Assembly (NCBI GenBank): GCA_964499975.1 | Contig: CAZCOV010000001.1 | Span: 1 to 60,116 of the forward strand | Direction of reading: 5' to 3' | DNA length: 60,116 nt | Origin: an uncultured Thermoanaerobaculia bacterium | GTDB taxonomy: Bacteria > Acidobacteriota > Thermoanaerobaculia > Multivoradales > J023 | Shown: piece by piece, positions 36,024 to 44,623 of the stretch | Layout of the letters: the number at the start of each line of letters is the position of its first letter | Position numbering within the stretch: position 1 is the stretch's first letter | The notes under the pieces: generated by a model | Databases searched by the model: none | What the model saw: the letters and a program-made list of their open reading frames with translations, nothing else | What the model was told of the DNA's origin: nothing | Made by a program: the position numbers and the translations under genes

Positions 36024-36221
36024 TCAGCCGACCCGGACGCTGAGGTGCCAGCCCTGATCGCACACCTGAGCGGCGCTGAAGAGCGGCTGGTGGTGCAGGC
36101 CTGACACGACTCCACGGCACTGTACATGCCAGCTGCTGACCGGGGCTGCTTCCGAGGCAGGCGAGTGGGTCCACCGCATCTGAGCCCGTGTTACACTGGC
36201 TGAGAAGTGGAGACGATGACC

Positions 36222-36452
36222 ATGGCCAACCTGACAATCGCAATCGACGATGACTTGCTCAAGCGTGCACGCCTCCGAGCCCTGGAGCAACGCACCTCGG
36301 TCAATGCTTTGCTGCGCGAGTACCTGACAGCCTACGCTGATTCGGACCAGGCACGGGAACGGGCGATTCAGACACTCCACCACTTGGCGGACCAGGCTAC
36401 GAGCGGCAGCGGGGGGCGGGCGTGGAGTCGGGACGAGCTTTATGAGCGATAA
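36222..36452 (+). CDS. Ribbon-helix-helix antitoxin (VapB/CopG-like)
   Basis: MANLTIAIDDDLLKRARLRALEQRTSVNALLREYLTAYA is a typical RHH N-terminus. GGAG lies 9 nt upstream of ATG 36222. Confidence 0.7.
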   Translation: MANLTIAIDDDLLKRARLRALEQRTSVNALLREYLTAYADSDQARERAIQTLHHLADQATSGSGGRAWSRDELYER

Positions 36453-36483
36453 GGCGTTTCTCGCCACCAATGTCCTGGCTTGA
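36442..36483 (+). pseudogene. 13-codon stub resembling the N-terminus of a PIN-domain VapC toxin
   Basis: The ATG overlaps the antitoxin 3' end, as in intact vapBC pairs. It encodes MSDKAFLATNVLA then a stop (compare the usual M..vFLDTNVLi). The first catalytic Asp is replaced by Ala and the frame terminates. Confidence 0.3.
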
Positions 36484-36486
36484 AGG

Positions 36487-36726
36487 ATGAGTGAGCCCAA
36501 GACCATGCCCGACTGGTGGGCCGAGCACGAAGCCCAGACGATGGCCGAGCGGGAAGCCAATCAGGCGGCTTTTCAGGCCGGCCAACCTGTACCGTTTCCT
36601 AACCCCTGGGACGTCTGGGACCCGAGCAAGCTCCCCCGTGACGCACCCCCCGAGGCTTACCCGGAGAGTTACCGGGCCTTTACTCGCCTATGTCGGCCCA
36701 AACCGCGAAAACGGCACGTACTCTAG
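36487..36726 (+). CDS. Hypothetical small protein
   Basis: 79-aa ORF (MSEPKTMPDWWAEHEAQTMAEREANQAAF...) with GC-rich third positions. No recognisable motif and no good RBS. Confidence 0.3.
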   Translation: MSEPKTMPDWWAEHEAQTMAEREANQAAFQAGQPVPFPNPWDVWDPSKLPRDAPPEAYPESYRAFTRLCRPKPRKRHVL

Positions 36727-36794
36727 AAGACTTCGCCGATTTCTTCACCCGGCTCCGCTTAGACGACGTCTTTAGACCTCAAAAGGAGATTGGC

Positions 36795-38429
36795 ATGCGC
36801 CGGACAACCTTGACCCTGATCTGCTTCTTCCTCACCGCACCGCTCATGGCGGACCACCCGGCCGATCTGGTGCTCTACAACGGTAAGGTCTTCACCGTGA
36901 ACCACGACCAGCCGTGGGCGGAAGCGGTGGCGATTCGCGGTTCGCGGATTGTCGCGGTGGGTAGCAATGCTCAGGTGCTGCCCCACGTCGGCCCCGATAC
37001 GCAATCGCTGGACCTCGGCGGACGGGTGGTGGTGCCGGGTTTCAACGATGCACATTCCCACCTTGGGGTCGGTCTTCCCCGTCTGACATTGCCCCCGATC
37101 GACATTCCCGGCCCCGGACCCACCCTCGCAGTCGCCCTTGACCAGGTGGCGCAAGCCGTGACCGTGGCCGCTCCGGGAGAGTGGATCCTAGTCTTCATCG
37201 GCGAGGCAGCTTTTTTTGATCCTGCGGCCGACCGTCTGGCCCTTGACCCAGTGGCCCCGGACAACCCGGTGATGCTCTTGACTTGGTCGAGCCACAGCGC
37301 CGTGATCAACACTGCGGCCATGACCGCAGCCGGCATTGCCGAGGACGAGCCCAATCCTTTTGGTGGTTCTTATGGTCGGTTTCCCAGCAGCAGCACCCTG
37401 AACGGTGTGGTCAACGAGTACGCGCTTTTTCGTCTGTTCCGGGTTGTCCGCGCAACCGCACCCGAGGAGGTCTTGCGCGCACAGTTCGAAGCGCTCACGG
37501 CGCTGGTCGCCCAGGTGGGGGTGACCTCGGTGCAAGAGATGACCATCGGGTTGACGCGCGAGCAAAGCGAACGGGTGCTCCTTGGGGCTGAGCTGGCAAT
37601 CCGGCTGCGCTCGATGTGCGCGCCCTTGACGCTCGACGAACCCTGTCGTGCGCGCTTTTCGCAGCCGACGGACCTTCTGACCTGGTCGGGCATCAAGTGG
37701 CTGCTCGATGGCACCCCGGTCGAACGCAGCGCCGCCCTGCTTGCGCCTTACGCCGACTTCCCCGGCAGCGGCAACTTCAACGTCAGCAGCTCCGAGCTGA
37801 CCCAGCTGGTACGGCGTAGTCTGCTCGGACCACCGATCAAAAACCAGCTGCTCACCCACGCGGTGGGCGACCGAGCGCTCGACAACATCTTGAGCAACCT
37901 GGAGCATCAGGCGCCGCCTTGGGCGTGGCGCCTACTGCGTCCGCGGATCGAGCACGGCGACCTGCTCCACCCCGAACAAATCGAGCGGGTGCAGCAGCTG
38001 GGGGTGATCGTGGTGCAGAACCCCACCCATCTGGCCCTGAATCTGGAACCGGCGCTGGGGCCAGCGCGGGCAGCTGCAGCTCAGCCGCTCAAGTCCCTGC
38101 TCGAAGCCGGCGTTCACCTCGCTTTTGGCTCGGACAGCGCCCAGCCCAACCCCTTCGTCGACCTTTTCTTCGCCGTCTTCCACCCCTTCCACCCGCTCGA
38201 AGCCCTGACCGTAGAAGAAGCGGTCACCGCCTACACCCATGGCTCAGCCCGCGCCGAGTTCCAGGAGTGGCAGAAAGGCTCGCTCAAACCCGGCTACCTT
38301 GCAGATCTCGCAGTCCTCTCGCAAGACATCTTCACCATTCCGCCACCGGCCATCCCGGCCACGGTAAGCGTGCTCACGCTGGTCGGCGGCGAAATCGTGT
38401 GGGACGCCGGGGTCCTGGCGCTGCCGTGA
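36795..38429 (+). CDS. Secreted metal-dependent amidohydrolase (Amidohydro_3 / YtcJ-like)
   Basis: ATG 36795 with AAGGAG 6 nt upstream. Signal peptide MRRTTLTLICFFLTAPLMA. Motifs DLVLYNGKVFTV and VVPGFNDAHSHLG (HxH metal site), plus C-terminal GSDSAQPNP. Confidence 0.85.
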   Translation: MRRTTLTLICFFLTAPLMADHPADLVLYNGKVFTVNHDQPWAEAVAIRGSRIVAVGSNAQVLPHVGPDTQSLDLGGRVVVPGFNDAHSHLGVGLPRLTLPPIDIPGPGPTLAVALDQVAQAVTVAAPGEWILVFIGEAAFFDPAADRLALDPVAPDNPVMLLTWSSHSAVINTAAMTAAGIAEDEPNPFGGSYGRFPSSSTLNGVVNEYALFRLFRVVRATAPEEVLRAQFEALTALVAQVGVTSVQEMTIGLTREQSERVLLGAELAIRLRSMCAPLTLDEPCRARFSQPTDLLTWSGIKWLLDGTPVERSAALLAPYADFPGSGNFNVSSSELTQLVRRSLLGPPIKNQLLTHAVGDRALDNILSNLEHQAPPWAWRLLRPRIEHGDLLHPEQIERVQQLGVIVVQNPTHLALNLEPALGPARAAAAQPLKSLLEAGVHLAFGSDSAQPNPFVDLFFAVFHPFHPLEALTVEEAVTAYTHGSARAEFQEWQKGSLKPGYLADLAVLSQDIFTIPPPAIPATVSVLTLVGGEIVWDAGVLALP

Positions 38430-38510
38430 GCGAGTTGGCCGTTGCGACTCGCGCAAGTAGAATGACCCAGTGTCTCTTGCATCACCACCCAACTACTCAT
38501 GAGGTCAACC

Positions 38511-38699
38511 ATGAAACGACGGCCCAAGAAACTCGCTCTCACCAAAGAGACCCTGCGCCAGCTGGCTGGCGGCTACGTCAAGCCCATTGGCGCGGGGGAC
38601 TGCGTCTCGATTCAAAGCGGCGAGACCAACTGCTGGTGCTCGGATAGTTGCAACGGCTGCAGTGGTGCGCTGGAAGTCGGCGGGATCTGGCAGCGGTAA
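38511..38699 (+). CDS. Small Cys-rich peptide with Gly-Gly-type leader (bacteriocin/RiPP-precursor-like)
   Basis: 62 aa. GAGG lies 6 nt upstream. Leader MKRRPKKLALTKETLRQLAGG, then YVKPIGAGDCVSIQSGETNCWCSDSCNGCSGALEVGGIWQR (5 Cys). Confidence 0.5.
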   Translation: MKRRPKKLALTKETLRQLAGGYVKPIGAGDCVSIQSGETNCWCSDSCNGCSGALEVGGIWQR

Positions 38700-38789
38700 A
38701 CCGCGGACCGGGTTGCGGGGCCATCTGGCCAACTGGCCACGCCCGCGCAACCCGGCTGGTGCGCTTCAGGCGCTTGCTGCGCGGGTGGG

Positions 38790-41129
38790 CTACCCAGTTT
38801 TGGACGCTTCTGCCAGCTCCCACAGCCGGCACGGGTTGAGCGGGATCTCCAGGATCTCGAAGCGGTGGCCGAGCGCATTCTCGACGGCCTGGGCAAAAAG
38901 CGCACCTACGGGAATGGCGCCAGCTTCACCCGCACCTTTGATCCCCAGCGGATTGAGCGGTGACGGCGTGGTCACGTGGCCGATCACAATCAGCGGGACG
39001 TCGTGCGCCGTGGGCAACAGGTAATCCATGAGCGAGGCGTTCTTGAGCTGGCCGTTTTCGTCGAACACCAGCTGCTCATAAAACGCATTGCCGATCCCCT
39101 GGGCCACGCCGCCTTGGATTTGACCGTCCAGGATCAGCGGGTTGATCACTTCGCCGCAGTCGTGGACCACCACGTATTTCTGGATCTGCACCTGGAACGT
39201 CTCGGGATCGACCTCGAGAATCATGGCGTGGACCCCGCTCGCCGTGGCCCCGCGTTCCGGACCGAAATAGCGGGTGGCTTCGAGCCCGGGTTCGGTCCCC
39301 GGACGCACCGCTCCGCGCATGGGATTGGCGCGCACCGCCAGCTGACTGAGCGGGATCGCCCGCTGCGGCACCCCGCGCACCTGCACCACGCCCGCTGCGA
39401 TTTCGAGGTCCTCGGGCGCCACCTCGAGCTCGTCGCTCGCCAGCTGCAAGATCTTGCGCCGCACTTCGACCGCTGCCGCGTGGATCGCATTGCCCGCGAC
39501 CACGGCCCCGCGGCTGGCGAAAGTACCCGCACCCCAGTGGAACTGATCGGTATCCCCGGTCACCACCTCGATGTCGCTCACCGCTACCCCGACTTGATCG
39601 GCCACGATTTGGGCAAATGAGGTCATGTGTCCTTGACCTTGGGTGCCCACTCCGGTCACCACGCTGACCTTGCCGCTCGCTTGCACCTGGACCCGCGCGC
39701 CTTCATACGGCCCGATGCCCGTGCCTTCGACGTAAGCCGCCACCCCGATCCCGACCTGCCGTCCTGCGGCGCGGCAGCTCGGTTGGGTCTGCGCGATGAA
39801 CTCGCGGTAGCCGATCAGTTCGAGGGCTTGATCGAGCACTGGCTCGTAGTTGCCGCTGTCATAAACCAGCGGCGCAAAGTCCTGGAAAATGATCTCGTGG
39901 TTGTGGGGAAAAGCTTGCGGTGACAAGAAGTTGCGCCGACGGATCTCGGCGGGGTCGAGGCCCAGCTCGCGCGCGCCGAAATCGAGCAAGCGTTCGATCA
40001 CGAACACGCCGTGTTGACGCCCGGCCCCGCGGTAGGGCGTGACGATCGGCTTGGTGGTGAACACCGCAGTGAACTCGCTCGTGTAGTTGGGCACGTCGTA
40101 GGGCCCGAGCAACGTACACTGGCTGTTGATCGGCACGGTCAAGCCATAAGGGTTGTAGGCCCCGGTGTCGTGCAGAAAAAGGTCCTTGACCCCCAAGATC
40201 TTGCCGTCACTGCGCAAGGCGATTTCAGCCTGGTGGATTTGTCCGCGCTCCTGGGTGGTGGCGAAGAAGTTCTCCTCGCGGTCTTCGATCCACTTGATCG
40301 GTCGTCCCAGCTTCAGGGCCAACCAAGGGACCAACACCTCCTCGGGGTAAAACATCATGATTTTGGGACCAAACCCGCCGCCGATGAACGGCGCGATCAC
40401 CCGCACCTGGCTTTCCGACAACCCCAACATGGCCGCAAGCCCGTTGCGGATCGGGATCGGCGCTTGGGTGGTGTCCCACACCGTGAGCCGGGCGCTGCGC
40501 TCGTCCCAGTCCGCGACCACTCCACGGTTTTCGAGGGCGGCGGCGGTCCCGCGGTCGTAGGTTAAGCGCCGTTCGAGCACCAAGTCGGCAGCGGCGCGCG
40601 CGGCCGCATAATCGCCTTTGCGTTGGACCACGTGCGCGGCCAGATTGGACGGCAAGTCGTCATGGATGAGCGCGGCCGTGGGCGCGAGCGCAGCCGCGAG
40701 ATCGACCACCGCAGGCAGGGGCTCGAAGTCGACGAAAATCTCGGCGACCGCGTCTTCGGCGGCGTACCGGCTGGTCGCGACCACCACGACAATGGGCTCA
40801 CCCTGGTGGCGAACTTTGTCGCGCGCCAGCGGAACTTGGGTGCGGGCATGGAAGACCGCATCCTGAATCGGCGGCGGCGGCACTAGGAGGGGTCCGGGCT
40901 GCCACAGCGGGCCGAGGTCGGTGGCGGTAAACACCGCGTGGACGTCGGGCCGCTCCCGCACCCCGCCGAGGTCGACCCCGCGGATCCGGGCGTGGGCATG
41001 CGGGCTGCGCAAAAACGCCACATGCCCCATCCGCGGCAAGTTGACATCGTCGACGAAAAGCGCTTTCCCGGTGAGCAGCCGGGGGTCCTCGTTACGCCGA
41101 ATCCGCTGACCGAAAGCCCGGGTCGACAT
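38790..41129 (-). CDS. Xanthine dehydrogenase / aldehyde oxidase family molybdopterin-binding large subunit
   Basis: 779 aa. N-terminus GQRIRRNEDPRLLTGKALFVDDVNLPRMGHVAFLRSPHAHARI, plus family-typical length and C-terminal GIKGAGEAG. Confidence 0.9.
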   Translation of the reverse strand: MSTRAFGQRIRRNEDPRLLTGKALFVDDVNLPRMGHVAFLRSPHAHARIRGVDLGGVRERPDVHAVFTATDLGPLWQPGPLLVPPPPIQDAVFHARTQVPLARDKVRHQGEPIVVVVATSRYAAEDAVAEIFVDFEPLPAVVDLAAALAPTAALIHDDLPSNLAAHVVQRKGDYAAARAAADLVLERRLTYDRGTAAALENRGVVADWDERSARLTVWDTTQAPIPIRNGLAAMLGLSESQVRVIAPFIGGGFGPKIMMFYPEEVLVPWLALKLGRPIKWIEDREENFFATTQERGQIHQAEIALRSDGKILGVKDLFLHDTGAYNPYGLTVPINSQCTLLGPYDVPNYTSEFTAVFTTKPIVTPYRGAGRQHGVFVIERLLDFGARELGLDPAEIRRRNFLSPQAFPHNHEIIFQDFAPLVYDSGNYEPVLDQALELIGYREFIAQTQPSCRAAGRQVGIGVAAYVEGTGIGPYEGARVQVQASGKVSVVTGVGTQGQGHMTSFAQIVADQVGVAVSDIEVVTGDTDQFHWGAGTFASRGAVVAGNAIHAAAVEVRRKILQLASDELEVAPEDLEIAAGVVQVRGVPQRAIPLSQLAVRANPMRGAVRPGTEPGLEATRYFGPERGATASGVHAMILEVDPETFQVQIQKYVVVHDCGEVINPLILDGQIQGGVAQGIGNAFYEQLVFDENGQLKNASLMDYLLPTAHDVPLIVIGHVTTPSPLNPLGIKGAGEAGAIPVGALFAQAVENALGHRFEILEIPLNPCRLWELAEASKTG

Positions 41130-41150
41130 GGCGGCTTCTCCTCATAACGA

Positions 41151-41981
41151 TCATGAAGACTTCTCTTCGACAAACGCCACGATCCGCGAAAAAGCTGCTT
41201 CGCCGCCTTTGAAGCGGAAGGGGAAACAGCCCAGCCACACCCGCTGGTCGAGCACTTCGTCGACCTGGCCACCGACGTTTTCCGCGTGAAAAACCCCATG
41301 CGGGAAGAGCTTGATGTGCATGCACTGGTAATCCTCGGGCCACGGGAAAGCTTCGGCGAGCGACATCCCGATCGCGGCTTCGACTTCGGGGATCAAGTCG
41401 GGCCGGGCCTTGCGCACGTTGGTGTTCCAGGGATGGTCGGCGGCGATCGCATCGACCGCCAGCCAGCGGATGCCGCGATCGAGGATCCATTCACAAAACT
41501 CGCTCTGCGGTCCGGGATGGCGCAGGAAGCAACGCGGCAGGTCGGGTTCCGTCTGGTGGTGGACCTTGTACCAGTCTTCGTTGTAGTAGTGGTGATAGCC
41601 GGTGTGGATCACCAGGATATCGCCGCGTTCGATTTTGATCCCGGTTTTCTGCTCCCAGGCCTCGAAGTGGTGGGAACCATAGATCTGATAGTCGCCGATC
41701 CCGAACTGGGTCAAATCGACGATACACGCGGGACCGAACAGGGTTTCGATGGGAATCCCGGCGATATCCGCGCCAGGATCGTGAAAATGGCAAGGCGAGT
41801 CGAGGTGGGTCGAGATGTGGTTGGTCGACGAGATCAGCTGAGCATTGACCCCCTCGAAGGCCAACCGCTTCACCCACTTGACCGTGGGTCCCTCGTAAAA
41901 CGCAAACGAGGGCGAATTCATACTGAAATTTTGTGAAAGGTCGAGGATCTTGACCTTGCTCATGTCATAAGGCACGTACAT
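41151..41981 (-). CDS. Cyclase family protein (kynurenine-formamidase-like fold)
   Basis: 276 aa. Motif NHISTHLDSPCHF (HxxTHxDxPxH). It lies 21 nt upstream of the molybdopterin subunit gene. Confidence 0.82.
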   Translation of the reverse strand: MYVPYDMSKVKILDLSQNFSMNSPSFAFYEGPTVKWVKRLAFEGVNAQLISSTNHISTHLDSPCHFHDPGADIAGIPIETLFGPACIVDLTQFGIGDYQIYGSHHFEAWEQKTGIKIERGDILVIHTGYHHYYNEDWYKVHHQTEPDLPRCFLRHPGPQSEFCEWILDRGIRWLAVDAIAADHPWNTNVRKARPDLIPEVEAAIGMSLAEAFPWPEDYQCMHIKLFPHGVFHAENVGGQVDEVLDQRVWLGCFPFRFKGGEAAFSRIVAFVEEKSS

Positions 41982-42064
41982 CGTGAATCTCCTTGAGAAG
42001 CGTCCAAGCGCAAACCCAAACCGTCCGCTGATTCTATGCTAGTCGACAGCACCGTCATGCAACC

Positions 42065-44587
42065 TCACTGCCTGTGGCTGCCGCGACCCAGGGCTTGGCG
42101 GGCAGCTACGGTGCGGGGATCTTGGTCGCCGAAAGCGTTTTGATAAATCGCGAGGGCGCGTTCGAACTCGCTCGCGGCTGCAGCGGACTGGCCGAGAACC
42201 GCAAGCGAGGAGCCCAGACCGAGCAGGGCGTCGGCGATTTCGGGGTGGCGCGGGGAGAGCTTGGCGGACAAGGCGTCAAGCGCCTGACGAAAAGCCACTG
42301 CGGCTTCTGCGGGGTTGCCGCGGGCAGCAAGGAGGGACGCGAGGTGGGTGCGGGTGACCGCAGTGCTGCGGTGTTCGGAACCGAGCAGGCGCTCGAACAA
42401 GGCGAGCGCCTCGCGCAACATGGGCTCGGCAGCGACAAGGTCGCCCTGGGCGAACAGGGCTTGCCCCAACGCGTCGAGATCCTGAGCGACATCGCGGTGA
42501 GCATTGCCATGGGCACGGCGGTGGAGCTCGAGCGCTTGGCGAGCATAAAGCTCAGCGCCAGCTGGATTGCCGCGCAGGCGTTCGAGCTCGGAGAACTGGC
42601 GCAAGCCGACCCCAACCGAGGGATGGCGGGCGCCGAGCAGCTGACGCCGGATCTCCTGGGCTTGCTGCAACACGGTGGCAGCGGCGTCGAGCTGACCGCG
42701 CTCTAAGAGCAGGTCGCCCAGGGTGCCCAAACCGACCGCGATGTCGCGGTGCTGCTCGCTCGGGTGGATCTGGCGGTCGATGTCCAGGGCTTGCCGGAGC
42801 AGAGCTTCGGCTTCGTCATAATCCCCCTGGACCTCGAGCACCTTGGCCAGGTTGTGCAGGCTCCCCGTGACTTTGGAGTGGGCAGTACCGAACAGCCGCT
42901 GGCGCATGGCCAAGGCTTGCCGGTAGAGCTGTTCCGCGCCGATATAGTTGCCGCGATCGCGCAAGGTTCCGGCCAGATCGTTCATCGTCTGGGCGACCTC
43001 GCCGTGGTCGCCCGGCCAGAGCTTTTGGTGCAGCTTGAGGGAGGCTTCGAGCAACGGCTGAGCCCGATCCAAAGCGCCCAGCCGCCAGTAGATCTTGCCG
43101 ATCACGTGGAGCATTTCCGCGCGGACTTCGGGCTGCTCGCTCAGCTGGTCGTCGATCCGCCGCGCGCCGCGTTCGAGGAGCTCGCGCGCAGTGATCTCGC
43201 CGCCCATGGCCTGGTCGGGATCCGCGGATTCGAAAAGGTCGAGCAAAAAGCCCTTGACCTGTTCGGCCTTGGCCGCTTCGGCACGAGCCAGGTCGCGCTG
43301 GGCGCGGATCTCCTGGCTCTGGAGCGTCACCGTGGCAGCGTAGCCGACGAGCAAGAGGGTAAACCCGACTGCCGACGCCACTCCCAGCCGATGGCGTTCG
43401 ACAAACTTGCGGACGCGGTAACCCAGACTGTCGGCTCGCGCCAGCACTGGCCGACCCGACAAGAAGCGCTCGACGTCCTCGGCCAGTTGCTCGACTGAGG
43501 GATAACGGCTCTCCGGCTCTTTGCGCAGGGCCTTGAGGATGATCGCGTCGAGATCGCCGCGCAGCTGGCGGCGCAACCGCTTGGGCGTGGTGCGACGGGC
43601 GGCACTCCAGGCTGCGAGGGCTTCCGCGGGTGATCCTTCAGCCGGTCGGAACACCACCGTGCTGGGACGTTGCGGTTCCTGTTCGCAAATCGCGCGCGCC
43701 ACTTCGATCAGGCTCCGCTCTTTCACCGAGTAGGGCCGCTGTCCGGTCACCAGTTCAAAGAGCAGGAGGCCGAGCTGGTACTGGTCGCTGGCAGTGGTCA
43801 GCGGCCGGTCCAGGACCTGCTCCGGGCTGGCATATTCCGGGGTCATCCACGAAGACCCGGTCCGGGTCAACGGCGCGGAGAAGCGCGATTCCGCTTGGAG
43901 CAACTTGGCGATCCCGAAATCCAGCAATTTGACCTGGCCGTCCCCGGTGACGAAGATGTTGGCCGGCTTCAAGTCGCGATGCACCAGCAAGTTGCGGTGG
44001 GCGTAGTGGACCGCTTGGCCGACTACCACGAACAAGCGCAGGCGTGCCTCGACGCTCAGCTGGTGCTGGTCGCAGTAGGAGTCGATCGGCAGGCCGTCGA
44101 CATATTCCATGGCGAAGTAGGGTTGATCGCCTGCGGTGAGCCCGCCGTCGAACAGGCGGGCGATATGCGGATGGTTGAGCGAGGCCACGATCTGCCGTTC
44201 CTGGTGGAAGCGGCGGATCACTTCCTCCGTGGCCTTGCCCGGACGGAGCAGTTTGAGCGCGACCTGCTGCTCGAAGTGCTCGTCAGCGCGTTCGGCCAGA
44301 TAGACCTCTGCCATGCCGCCAGCGCCGAGCGGACGGACGATGCGGTAGGGTCCGATCCGTTCGCCCGGCTGCGCCGCTTCGTTGTCCAGCCACTCGGCCG
44401 CCATCGCCGCAAACAGGGGTCCTTGGAATGCCCCACCCGGCTGGAGAAAGGGGTCGCTGGGATCCATCTCCGACCAGTTCTGCGTGGTCTCAAGTTCGAG
44501 ATCGTGGGGAGCGCGCGCTGACTTGCTGGCCCGGGAGAGCGGGACCCGGGCGTCAGATTCCTGAGAGCGCTCTTCCGCTGGCGGCAT
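42065..44587 (-). CDS. Ser/Thr protein kinase with transmembrane segment and C-terminal TPR array
   Basis: 840 aa. Kinase motifs LGAGGMAEVYLA, VALKLL, HRDLKPANIF and LLDFGIAK. A TM segment (VASAVGFTLLLVGYAATV) is followed by multiple TPRs (NLAKVLEVQGDYDEAEALLRQAL etc.). Confidence 0.9.
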   Translation of the reverse strand: MPPAEERSQESDARVPLSRASKSARAPHDLELETTQNWSEMDPSDPFLQPGGAFQGPLFAAMAAEWLDNEAAQPGERIGPYRIVRPLGAGGMAEVYLAERADEHFEQQVALKLLRPGKATEEVIRRFHQERQIVASLNHPHIARLFDGGLTAGDQPYFAMEYVDGLPIDSYCDQHQLSVEARLRLFVVVGQAVHYAHRNLLVHRDLKPANIFVTGDGQVKLLDFGIAKLLQAESRFSAPLTRTGSSWMTPEYASPEQVLDRPLTTASDQYQLGLLLFELVTGQRPYSVKERSLIEVARAICEQEPQRPSTVVFRPAEGSPAEALAAWSAARRTTPKRLRRQLRGDLDAIILKALRKEPESRYPSVEQLAEDVERFLSGRPVLARADSLGYRVRKFVERHRLGVASAVGFTLLLVGYAATVTLQSQEIRAQRDLARAEAAKAEQVKGFLLDLFESADPDQAMGGEITARELLERGARRIDDQLSEQPEVRAEMLHVIGKIYWRLGALDRAQPLLEASLKLHQKLWPGDHGEVAQTMNDLAGTLRDRGNYIGAEQLYRQALAMRQRLFGTAHSKVTGSLHNLAKVLEVQGDYDEAEALLRQALDIDRQIHPSEQHRDIAVGLGTLGDLLLERGQLDAAATVLQQAQEIRRQLLGARHPSVGVGLRQFSELERLRGNPAGAELYARQALELHRRAHGNAHRDVAQDLDALGQALFAQGDLVAAEPMLREALALFERLLGSEHRSTAVTRTHLASLLAARGNPAEAAVAFRQALDALSAKLSPRHPEIADALLGLGSSLAVLGQSAAAASEFERALAIYQNAFGDQDPRTVAARQALGRGSHRQ

Positions 44588-44623
44588 GGTCTCTCTAACG
44601 CTAAAAGCCAGCCAAGCCGCCCA

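Noticed and set aside
38708-38755. Inverted repeat CCGGGTTGCG...(28 nt)...CGCAACCCGG after the small peptide gene as an intrinsic terminator
   Set aside because: The loop is long and there is no U-tract, so it is not convincing as a Rho-independent terminator. It is noted under the peptide finding only.
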